A model generated the notes under the pieces. The model was given only the letters and a program-made list of their open reading frames with translations, searched no databases and had not been told where the DNA came from. This document shows positions 15,371 to 22,746 of a DNA stretch of 24,000 nt, piece after piece; position 1 is the stretch's first letter; every line of letters starts with the position of its first letter. Both the position numbers and the translations under genes were made by a program. Source of the DNA: Pseudomonas sp. TCU-HL1 (GTDB taxonomy: Bacteria > Pseudomonadota > Gammaproteobacteria > Pseudomonadales > Pseudomonadaceae); contig NZ_CP015992.1 in NCBI RefSeq assembly GCF_001708505.1, forward strand, positions 2,553,898 to 2,577,897, written 5' to 3'.

Positions 15371-17254
15371 TCAGCTGACGCCGCACCCGGCTGGCGGTTC
15401 GGGCGGTGTGTCGTCCTCGATGTCCCAGCGCAACATCATGCCGTGGTCCTCGTGGATCACGTTGTGGCAGTGCATGACGTACTTGCCGGTGAAATCGCGG
15501 AAGCGCATGAACACCCTGACCGCCTCGTTCTTGCCGAGCACATAGACGTCCTTGCGCCCTCGTTCGTGTTCCGGAATGGCCACGGGCAGGCCGTTGACCG
15601 TTTTGCTGAGGATGCGGCCTTCCTCGAAGTGAATATGCACCGGGTGCTGCCAACCGCCGCTCTCGTTGACCAGTTCCCAGATCTCGCACTCGCCCTTGCC
15701 GATCTTGGCGCTGGTGTCGAGGATGTTTTCCGGCTTGCCGTTCACCGCCCATTCGCCGCCCTTGCGGTCGAACACCCAGCGGCGCACCTTGGCCTGCGCG
15801 ATCTCTTCATCGCACAGCGGGCGCAACGGGCGCAGCACGTCAGGCACCTGGCTGAGGTCCTGCTCCGGCGGGTCACGATCCACCAGCAGCTTGAGCACCT
15901 TGGTGCCGGAGCCGCTCACGTTGTCCGGCCCCTTGGTGGTGTCCTGGATCAGGCGGTTGGTGAGGAACAGCTGGGTGCCGATGGGGTACCTGGAGAAGTC
16001 CACCACCAGGTCGGCCCGCTCGGCGACGCCCAGATGCACCTTGCCCATATTGCGAATGGGCGCGGGCAGCAGGTTGCCGTCGTTGGCAATGTAGGTGAAG
16101 GTCTGCGCCTTGCCCTTGCTGTCGTTCAGGTAGAACTCATAGAAGCGCGACGGGCCGGCATTCAGCAGGCGCAGGCGGTATTTGCGCCGGGCCACACGCA
16201 GCACTGGCTCGATCTTGCCGTTGACCAGCGTCTTGTCGCCCAAGGTGCCGTCGGGGCTGAAACGGTCGAATACGAGCTGGCCCTTCGAGTCAAAGCGCAT
16301 GTCGTTGAAGCTCAGCATGTAGTCGTACGGGAAGCTGGGCAGGCGCAGGGCTTCGGGGCTCGGGTCCTTCTCGTCGCCGGAATCCAGGTGGTCGAATAGG
16401 ACGTAGAAGCCGAACATCCCGCGTACCACGTTTTGCGACGTGGCCTGCCAGGTGTGGTCGTGGAACCACAGGGTGCCGAGCGCCTCGCGGTAGTCGCCGA
16501 TGCCGTTCTGCATTTCATCCAGGCCGGCGTAGACGTTGGGGTAGAAGTGGTCCTTGTACTCGCCCTTGTAGTCCAGGGTCAGGCCCTGCTTGTTGGCACT
16601 GAAGAAGTCACCGGGGAAACCGTCACTTTCCGAGGGGCAGTGCAAGTTGTGCAGGTGCACCGAGATATAGGGCACCCCAACACCCTTGTGATCCTTGGGC
16701 AGCTTGCAGTGGAAGCGGCAGAGCACCGGCTGGCCGTAGCGGGCGAAGATGATCGGGCTGAAGCTCTCCGGCGTGGAATCGGCCGCGCGGTAGCTCCAGA
16801 CCTTGATTTCCGGCAGGTCCGGGTGAGCCTTCCATGGACGTTCCACCACGTTGATTTCATAAAGGGTCGGATTGGCGCCCAACTGGTCGTAGCGCTGGTG
16901 CGGCTTGCGACCGCATTCGCCGTGCTCGGCGTCGGCGTTGGCGGTTGGGGCGACTACCTGCACGCCGTCGGAGCCATGGAGAACGCCGACCGGGTTCAGC
17001 GGGCTCATCTGGTTGGGCAGGAACTCCTTCCAGGGCCTGGTTCTCGGGCTGGGGACATCGGTGGTGTCGCTATCCTTGGCCTGGCTGTCGCTTTCCGCGA
17101 GCAGCAAGGGCAACGCGCTGGCGGCAGCGGACCATTTGAGGAACGAGCGGCGGTTGGCGTTATCGAGGGCGAGTTCGGGTTGGTGGGTGGCGTCGTCCGT
17201 GGACAGGCTGGCGACGAGTGGGGCTCCCTTGAATCTCAAGCGACTGATCTTCAC
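15371..17254 (-). CDS. Tat-exported multicopper oxidase (three-domain laccase/CueO/bilirubin-oxidase type)
   Basis: 627 aa with a GTG start preceded by GGAGG. Twin-arginine motif NRRSFLKWSAAASALPLL. All four copper-ligand motifs are present: HLHNLH, WFHDHTW, HPVHIHFE, HCHNVIHEDHGMM. Confidence 0.85.
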   Translation of the reverse strand: MKISRLRFKGAPLVASLSTDDATHQPELALDNANRRSFLKWSAAASALPLLLAESDSQAKDSDTTDVPSPRTRPWKEFLPNQMSPLNPVGVLHGSDGVQVVAPTANADAEHGECGRKPHQRYDQLGANPTLYEINVVERPWKAHPDLPEIKVWSYRAADSTPESFSPIIFARYGQPVLCRFHCKLPKDHKGVGVPYISVHLHNLHCPSESDGFPGDFFSANKQGLTLDYKGEYKDHFYPNVYAGLDEMQNGIGDYREALGTLWFHDHTWQATSQNVVRGMFGFYVLFDHLDSGDEKDPSPEALRLPSFPYDYMLSFNDMRFDSKGQLVFDRFSPDGTLGDKTLVNGKIEPVLRVARRKYRLRLLNAGPSRFYEFYLNDSKGKAQTFTYIANDGNLLPAPIRNMGKVHLGVAERADLVVDFSRYPIGTQLFLTNRLIQDTTKGPDNVSGSGTKVLKLLVDRDPPEQDLSQVPDVLRPLRPLCDEEIAQAKVRRWVFDRKGGEWAVNGKPENILDTSAKIGKGECEIWELVNESGGWQHPVHIHFEEGRILSKTVNGLPVAIPEHERGRKDVYVLGKNEAVRVFMRFRDFTGKYVMHCHNVIHEDHGMMLRWDIEDDTPPEPPAGCGVS

Positions 17255-17579
17255 GGCTGCGGTCCTCCACAGCTTGATGGACGGTGAGATTTTTCGATCG
17301 CTCTAACCAATTCAGGAGCACCTCGAACCGGTCGGCCTTTTGGGCTCTGTCGTGATTGCCGGTGGGAGGAGGGTGCAGCGCTCTCGAAACAGGTTGAAAC
17401 AAACGTATAGGAGGCAATGCCTGCGTGCCATCATCCGGATAGATGAAAACGGGCCTTGCGGACTGGCGGCCGAAGCAGGGATACGAGCGGTATGAAAGTA
17501 CAAACATATTAATGACTTAGTGCGGCAAAACCTTGGCGTTACTGGTCCGCTTGAAAGTTGACACTGTGCAGGAGGATGC

Positions 17580-18290
17580 ATGCAGCAGATTTCACGGTTC
17601 GCCGTCGTCGAGGGCCTGGATGCGGAGCGCCAGTTGCTGGACCGCGTCCAGCGTGGCGAGCGGGAGTGCGGGCTGCTGATGTGGCGGCCGAATGAGGCGG
17701 CACTGGTGATGCCCCAGCGCATGAGCCGGCTGGCGGGCTTTTCCGCCGCCGAAGCGGACTGCGTTGCCCTGGGTTGGCCCATCGCCCTGCGCGACAGCGG
17801 TGGCGAGCCGGTGCCGCAGTCGCCGGCCGTGCTCAATGTCGCCCTGGCATATGCCTTGCCACCGAAGGAAAGCGAACTGACCCGCATCGAGAGCGCCTAC
17901 CTGCGTCTGTGCCAGCCCATGCTCGACTGGCTGGCCGGCATGGGGCTGGAAGGCGGGCTGGGCGAGGTGGACGGCGCCTTCTGCGACGGCCGCTACAACG
18001 TCACCGTCGCGGCACGCAAGCTGGTGGGCACCGCCCAGCGCTGGCGTCGCCGCCGCGAAGACGGTCGCCATGTGGTGCTGGCCCACGGTGCCGTGCTGAT
18101 GGAAAACCAGCGCGAGCCCATGGTCGAAGTGGTGAACACCTTCTATCAGGGGTGCGGCCTGGACGATCGCGTCCGTGCCAGCAGCCATATCGCCCTGGAT
18201 GAATCCGTGGGGCAGGTGTGGCATCGCCTGGAGCCGCTGCGCGAATGCTACCGCCGGACGCTGGCCGACGCCGGATTGGTACTGGATTGA
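17580..18290 (+). CDS. Biotin/lipoate A/B protein ligase-family protein (LplA catalytic-domain-like, no C-terminal accessory domain)
   Basis: 236 aa, preceded by a GGAGG RBS. The core GAFCDGRYNVTVAARKLVGTAQRWRR resembles the LplA/LipB lysine-containing motif (..gRKisGsAqr). Family assignment is from pattern memory only. Confidence 0.6.
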   Translation: MQQISRFAVVEGLDAERQLLDRVQRGERECGLLMWRPNEAALVMPQRMSRLAGFSAAEADCVALGWPIALRDSGGEPVPQSPAVLNVALAYALPPKESELTRIESAYLRLCQPMLDWLAGMGLEGGLGEVDGAFCDGRYNVTVAARKLVGTAQRWRRRREDGRHVVLAHGAVLMENQREPMVEVVNTFYQGCGLDDRVRASSHIALDESVGQVWHRLEPLRECYRRTLADAGLVLD

Positions 18291-18356
18291 GAGGGGTGGA
18301 GAAGAGAACCGTTGATCACTAAATGGAACTGATTCACATTTGTGAGCAGATATTGC

Positions 18357-18385
18357 TTGACCGAACAATGAGAATCATTATTATT
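18357..18385 (+). promoter_or_regulatory. Sigma70-type promoter with overlapping Fur box
   Basis: -35 TTGACC (18357-18362) and -10 TATTAT (18379-18384), spacer 16 nt. AACAATGAGAATCATTATT (18364-18382) matches the 19-bp Fur consensus GATAATGATAATCATTATC at 15/19 positions, counted by hand. Confidence 0.75.
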
Positions 18386-18389
18386 CCAA

Positions 18390-18506
18390 CCACTGGCCTC
18401 GCGGCCAGCTGGATAAGCTGACAAGCCCAGATTTCGGACTCATCAGATTATCTCCTCATCAGGCTAATCACGGTTATTGACCCGGCAAATTGCCGGGTCT
18501 TTTTTT
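18390..18506 (+). ncRNA. prrF: PrrF-type Fur-repressed small RNA (5' end approximate)
   Basis: About 115 nt between the Fur-box promoter and an intrinsic terminator. 5' hairpin CTGGCC-tcgc-GGCCAG. Central AUUAUCUCCUCAUCAGGCUAAUCACGG, which matches my memory of the conserved PrrF core. Terminator GACCCGGCAaatTGCCGGGTC followed by 7 T (18479-18506). No coding potential. Confidence 0.8.
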
Positions 18507-18550
18507 GCGATTTCTGTCCCTGAATGCCAGTGCAACGTCTGGCACGGAAA

Positions 18551-18623
18551 CGCTCCCTCTCCCGCTGGGAGAGGGTTGGGGTGAGGGCGCCGGTCCGTCG
18601 CGAATGAATTCGCTCCCACAAGC
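18551..18623 (+). repeat. Composite REP element (type B + type A), second copy
   Basis: cgctccctctcccgctgggagagggttggggtgagggcgccggtccgtcgcgaatgaattcgctcccacaagc: same architecture as 1214-1307. Confidence 0.8.
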
Positions 18624-18657
18624 ACCCTACGGCAGTTGCCACCTCAAACGGCAGCGA

Positions 18658-19887
18658 TCAATGCCCCTTCGCCTTCCTGATGCGCAGGAATATCCCGCCG
18701 AGAATCAACGCCACCACCGGCGTCAGCACGAAAATCGCCGTTCTCGGCGAGACCTGCAGCCCTAGGGTGTGCAGGCCGCCGTAGAACAACTTGAACAGGC
18801 TCAGCAGGTAGTAGCTGATGGCGATGATCGACAGGCCTTCCACGGCCTTCTGGATCTTGATCTGGGTATCGGCGCGGGCATTCAGGCTGCGCAGGATCTC
18901 GGAGTTCTGTTCTTCCACTTCCACCTGGACCCGCGCCTGCAGCAGATCGCCCAGGTTGGCGACGCTTTGCCCCAGGCGAACCAGGCGCTGGTCTGTGGCG
19001 ACGCAGTAGCGAACCGTGGGACGGAAGCGGCGTTCGATGAACACCCCCAGGCGCTGGCAATCGCCAACGTGGGATTCGCGCAGTTCGGTGATGCGCTCGA
19101 AGACGATCTGCGCATAGGCCTCGGTGGCGCTGAAGCGCTGGCGGGTACGTGCGGTACTGCGGACGATGCGCGCGGAGAGTGCGGCAATGTCGGCCGACAG
19201 GGTCTTGGCGCTGCTCTTGCCCTCGGCGTTGCGGTCGGAAAGGGCGGCCAGTGCCTTGTCGTACTCCTTCAACTGCAGGCTCACCGCCTGGGCGACCGGC
19301 AGGGTGAGCGAGGCCATCATCCGGTAGGTCTCGATTTCCAGCAGGCGACGGATCATCCGGCCCAGGCGATAGGCATTGAGCCGGCGATTGACCAGCAGGA
19401 TGCGGTTCACACCCTCTTCGGTCAGGCGGAAGTCCGACCAGGCGATGGCATCGCCGCCGCCCAGGGTGGAACCCGAAGGGTCCTTGAAGCCATAGGCCGA
19501 CGTCTCGCCAGCCCAGTTCGCCTCGGACTCCACCAGCACCTGGTCGGCATTGATCAGTAAGTGGCGGTGGTCGGCCACCAGGCTTTCCAGCACCTCGGGC
19601 AGGGGCGGCCAGAAGGCGTCGCCCGGTGCGCGCGGCACCACCAGGGTCAGGGTGAAGAATTCCGTGTGGCGCTCCCATTTCAGGGTGTTCTCGCCCATCC
19701 GCAGCAGACCCTGGGAACCATTGCTCGCCAGCGGTGCATCGGCAGCCTGGTTGAGGCGTTCGACCAGGGCATCGCAGACATCCTCGGCATCGGCGAAGGC
19801 GAAGTGATAGACGTTGGCCGGATCCTGGAAATAGATCGACGGGCGCGAGTGCAACTCGTTGTGCAGGGCTTTGCGAAGTGGGTGCAT
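18658..19887 (-). CDS. Membrane-anchored protein of unknown function (DUF3422-like)
   Basis: 409 aa. N-terminus MHPLRKALHNELHSRPS fits my recollection of DUF3422. Two C-terminal TM helices (GLSIIAISYYLLSLFKLFYGGL, AIFVLTPVVALILGGIFLRI). The overlapping 444-aa ORF 18644..19978 is a Pro/Arg/Gly-rich off-frame shadow. Confidence 0.7.
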   Translation of the reverse strand: MHPLRKALHNELHSRPSIYFQDPANVYHFAFADAEDVCDALVERLNQAADAPLASNGSQGLLRMGENTLKWERHTEFFTLTLVVPRAPGDAFWPPLPEVLESLVADHRHLLINADQVLVESEANWAGETSAYGFKDPSGSTLGGGDAIAWSDFRLTEEGVNRILLVNRRLNAYRLGRMIRRLLEIETYRMMASLTLPVAQAVSLQLKEYDKALAALSDRNAEGKSSAKTLSADIAALSARIVRSTARTRQRFSATEAYAQIVFERITELRESHVGDCQRLGVFIERRFRPTVRYCVATDQRLVRLGQSVANLGDLLQARVQVEVEEQNSEILRSLNARADTQIKIQKAVEGLSIIAISYYLLSLFKLFYGGLHTLGLQVSPRTAIFVLTPVVALILGGIFLRIRKAKGH

Positions 19888-20068
19888 GGAGACTTCTGCG
19901 GGCAGGTAGGTTTTTCTGAATGACGCGGCCTGCCCGGGCGTCGGTCACACCCGTTGTTGCGGAAGGCTGGAGTGCCACCGACCAGTCGGGGCGGGTAGCT
20001 CCTCAGGTCGGTGGCGACGGGAAGTGGCGGCGAAGCCGCCTGGGGACGCTCCTGAGTCTTGTGGACTC

Positions 20069-20385
20069 CTAGGCGCTGAACTGCTGCATCAGCCCTTGCT
20101 GATGATTGGCCAACTCATTGAGCTGACGACTGACCTGGGCGGACTGCTCGGCCTGGCCGGACAGCGACTCGGTCACGTCGCGAATGGCCTCGACGTTTCG
20201 ATTGATCTCTTCTGCGACGCTGCTTTGCTCTTCGGCGGCACTTGCAATCTGCAAATTCATCTCGGTGATCAGGTTAACGGCATCGCTGATGCGCTCCAGC
20301 GCCGCGACCGCCTGCTGCACCTGACTGACGTTGTCCTGGGCCAGGCCGTGGCTGCCCTGCATGGCCTGGGTCACGTCGCGGGTAC
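20069..20385 (-). pseudogene. 3' remnant of a methyl-accepting chemotaxis protein gene (signalling-domain C-terminus only)
   Basis: Encodes ...[104 protein letters not shown], the highly conserved MCP hairpin-tip and C-terminal region. There is no sensor, TM, HAMP or N-terminal signalling helix. Upstream in frame the sequence becomes non-MCP (GGCRGG) and runs into a REP element. Confidence 0.75.
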
Positions 20386-20430
20386 CGCCTCGGCAGCCCC
20401 CGGTCGAAGCTGATGCCGCACTTGGTATAA

Positions 20431-20471
20431 CCCTCTCCCCCGGCCCCTCTCCCTGAAGAGGAGAGGGGGGA
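20431..20471 (-). repeat. REP type B copy in inverted orientation
   Basis: ccctctcccccggcccctctccctgaagaggagaggggggac equals the reverse orientation of the type B unit at 1214-1254 and 18551-18590. It abuts the truncation point of the MCP remnant. Confidence 0.7.
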
Positions 20472-20645
20472 CTCCCGGCTCACCTTCGGCGCGGTCCCGC
20501 AGCAACGGCCCGAGTTGGCCTTCGTACGCGGGTTGAGGGCAAAAAAAGTTTCATCGCGCTTTCCCGGGGAAGGCGGCCTTGATTTTCAGGAAGAAGTACG
20601 CCGAGTCCCGGAAGCCATAGGGGCCACCCAACGACAGGAGCTGTA

Positions 20646-21119
20646 ATGAGCCAGGAAATCGTTCGCCAAGGGGATATGACGGACCACGGTGGCGTGGTCA
20701 CCCAGGGCTTTCCCAACACCGACCTCAACGGCCGTCCCATCGCCGGCGTTGGTCACATGGTGGCTTGCCCCAAGTGCAAGGGAGTCTTCCCCATCGTGGA
20801 AGGCAGCGCCACCTAAGATGTCGGCGGTACGCCGGTGGCCCTGCACGGCATGAAGACCGCCTGTGGAGCCAGTCTGATTACCAGTGGTTCGAAGGGCAGC
20901 GTGGGGTGGGGCTGCGGCGAGTGGGGAGGCGCAGCCGCGCCCGCCCGCTATCGGAAGGCTTTTCCTGCTCGTCAACCAGAAAGTTCTTATTTGGAGCCCG
21001 TGCTGTCGTCAATAGGGGAACGCGTCGCTCTCCGCCCCATCGCCGTCGATGGCGTCTACGATGTGGTGTTCATCCACAAGACCCTGCGCCAAGTCGACTT
21101 GAGGCCGGGCAAGACATGA
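20646..21119 (+). pseudogene. PAAR-domain (T6SS spike-tip type) gene interrupted by an in-frame TAA at 20814-20816
   Basis: AGGAG RBS (20636-20640), then ATG 20646. Reads MSQEIVRQGDMTDHGGVVTQGFPNTDLNGRPIAGVGHMVACPKCKGVFPIVEGSAT*DVGGTPVALHGMKTACGASLITSGS..., a continuous PAAR-motif fold (GD..HGG, GH.V.CP.C, EGS, HG..TACGA.LI) in one frame split by a single stop. The track only shows the second half (20835..21119). Confidence 0.7.
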
Positions 21120-21213
21120 TCATCAACCCGTTGCCCATGTCTCCCGACAAGCGTTACCCATCTGTCCCGGCTGAACACATGGCGCACCCTACTTCTGGGC
21201 ACGGTGGCGGAGA

Positions 21214-21897
21214 TCAGCCCTTATCATCCAGCTCTGCCAGCCGGTAGCCCACGCCGTGGATGGTGTGCAGCAGCGGCCGGGTGAAGGGTTTGTCGAGCAC
21301 CTGGCGCAGTTGGTGGATATGGCTGCGCAGGCTGTCGCTGTCCGGACAGTTGTCGCCCCACAGGGCCTCTTCCAGCACTTCGCGACGGACCACCGCCGGG
21401 CTCTTGCGCATGAGGGTTGTGAGCAGCTTGTGGCCGATGGGGTTGAGCTTCAGGGTCTGGCCGGAGCGGGTGGCTTCCAGGGTGTCGAGGTCGTAGCTGA
21501 GGTCGGAAACCTGCAGACGGGATTTGCGTCCGCCATGGCTGCGGCGCACCACGGCTTCGATGCGCGCCACCAGCTCGGAGAGGGCGAAGGGCTTGACCAG
21601 GTAGTCGTCGGCACCGGATCTCAGCCCGGCCAGCCGGTCCTCCAGGGTGTCGCGGGCGGTGAGCATGATGATCGGCGTATCGCGCCGGGCATCCTGGCGC
21701 AGCCGGGTGCACAGTTGCAGCCCGTCGATGCCTGGCAGCATGAGGTCGAGGACGATCAGGTCGTAGTGCTGGGTGGTGGCCAGATGCAGGCCGGACAGGC
21801 CGTCCTGGGCACAGTCGACGCCGTAACCCTTGAGCTGGAGGTAGTCCAGGACGTTGGCGAGGATGTCGCGATTGTCTTCGATGATCAGTATTCGCAC
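21214..21897 (-). CDS. colR: OmpR/PhoB-family response regulator, ColR-like
   Basis: 227 aa. Receiver domain (MRILIIEDNRDILANVLDYLQLKGYGVDCAQDGLSGLHLA..., phospho-acceptor in LIVLDLMLPGIDG) and a winged-helix output domain (VLEEALWGDNCPDSDSLRSHIHQLRQVLDKPF..PLLHTIHGVGYRLAE). This closely matches my memory of Pseudomonas ColR. The divergent PAP2 gene matches the P. putida PP_0900/colR arrangement. The symbol is tentative because no colS follows. Confidence 0.65.
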   Translation of the reverse strand: MRILIIEDNRDILANVLDYLQLKGYGVDCAQDGLSGLHLATTQHYDLIVLDLMLPGIDGLQLCTRLRQDARRDTPIIMLTARDTLEDRLAGLRSGADDYLVKPFALSELVARIEAVVRRSHGGRKSRLQVSDLSYDLDTLEATRSGQTLKLNPIGHKLLTTLMRKSPAVVRREVLEEALWGDNCPDSDSLRSHIHQLRQVLDKPFTRPLLHTIHGVGYRLAELDDKG

Positions 21898-21928
21898 AGC
21901 GTGCCCTCTGTCCGGCGCCCCGGCGCCT

Positions 21929-21944
21929 TTGATGTTTTTTTCAC
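21929..21944 (+). promoter_or_regulatory. ColR-box-like site in the colR/PAP2 divergent promoter region
   Basis: TTGATGTTTTTTTCAC compared with the ColR consensus as I remember it, (T/C)(T/C)NA(C/G)NN(T/C)TTTTT(C/G)AC: every specified position matches except position 5. Confidence 0.5.
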
Positions 21945-22014
21945 AAGCCCTTTACCCGTTGCTCACACAGGCGGGGGCAGACTGCGGCGGTCCTACCTGA
22001 ACAAGGCCATCACG

Positions 22015-22746
22015 ATGCCCCACTCGCGCCCCTTCAACTTCCTGCTCTGGAGCAGCCTGCCGCTGGCGGCCATGGCGCTCTTGCTGTTTCTCGATACACC
22101 CCGGATCGATTTCGCCCTGGCCCATCTGTTCTACGACCCGCAAGGCGGATTCATCGGTCGTCACAGCGCCTTCCTGGAAGACGTGCTGCACGATCGCGCC
22201 AAGCAGGTGGTGATCCTGCTCGGTGTGTTGGCCGTGGCCGGATTCCTCGCCAGCCTGTTGCCCACCCGCCTGCGCCAGTGGCGCCGTCCGCTGGGCTACC
22301 TGGTGCTCGCCCTGGGGCTGTCGACGGCCATCGTCACGCCGCTCAAGGCGGTTACCGCCGTGCAGTGCCCCTGGAGCCTGGCGGAGTTCGGCGGTGTCGA
22401 ACCCTACTCGCCGCTGCTCGGCCATCACCCTTATTTCGACAAGCCCGGCCGTTGCTGGCCCGGTGGCCACGCTTCGGCGGGTTTCTCCCTGCTGGCACTG
22501 TTCTTCGTCCTGCGTGACCGCCGGCCGCGCCTGGCACGGGTGGCCCTGGTGGGCGCACTGACGCTGGGGACGGTGTTCTCCATCGGGCGCATGATGCAGG
22601 GCGCGCATTTCCTTTCTCACAATGTCTGGACGCTGCTGTTCGACTGGATGATCTGCCTGGCCTGCTACCGCCTGGTGCTCTATCGCCCGGCGCCACTGGT
22701 GGTGCCGGGCACGTCGGAGCGGCAGCTGGAGGTCAGTTCTTCCTGA
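22015..22746 (+). CDS. PAP2-superfamily membrane phosphatase (lipid phosphatase-like)
   Basis: Start placed at ATG 22015; the track's start at 21256 is an antisense run through colR. Multiple TM segments. PAP2 motifs KAVTAVQCPW (C1 variant), PGGHASAG (C2) and SIGRMMQGAHFLSH (C3). Confidence 0.8.
   Translation: MPHSRPFNFLLWSSLPLAAMALLLFLDTPRIDFALAHLFYDPQGGFIGRHSAFLEDVLHDRAKQVVILLGVLAVAGFLASLLPTRLRQWRRPLGYLVLALGLSTAIVTPLKAVTAVQCPWSLAEFGGVEPYSPLLGHHPYFDKPGRCWPGGHASAGFSLLALFFVLRDRRPRLARVALVGALTLGTVFSIGRMMQGAHFLSHNVWTLLFDWMICLACYRLVLYRPAPLVVPGTSERQLEVSSS

Noticed and set aside
15326-17287. Plus-strand ORFs 15326..16399 and 16433..17287
   Set aside because: Antisense shadows of the multicopper oxidase gene, whose four copper motifs fix the minus-strand frame.
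17255-17579. Search for a CopR/CusR-type copper box or a small ORF in the 325-bp MCO / LplA-like intergenic region (including ORF 17160..17507)
   Set aside because: I could find no convincing palindrome or direct-repeat match to the copper-box patterns I remember. The 115-aa ORF overlaps the MCO start out of frame and has no features.
18644-19978. 444-aa minus-strand ORF
   Set aside because: An alternative frame of the DUF3422-like gene. Extreme Pro/Arg/Gly content marks it as an off-frame artefact.
20482-20646. Open frame ending in TAATG overlap with the PAAR start (…DFQEEVRRVPEAIGATQRQEL*), possibly the tail of a lost upstream T6SS gene
   Set aside because: It has no start codon and no recognisable family, and the frame runs straight out of a REP element. 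The evidence is insufficient to call a remnant.
20765-21247. 160-aa plus-strand ORF
   Set aside because: Off-frame relative to the PAAR reading frame. It is Arg/Gly-rich and runs into the 3' end of the response-regulator gene.
21256-22014. N-terminal 253 codons of the 496-aa ORF 21256..22746
   Set aside because: This part is antisense to the response-regulator gene. The PAP2 protein begins at ATG 22015, where the hydrophobic membrane segments start.
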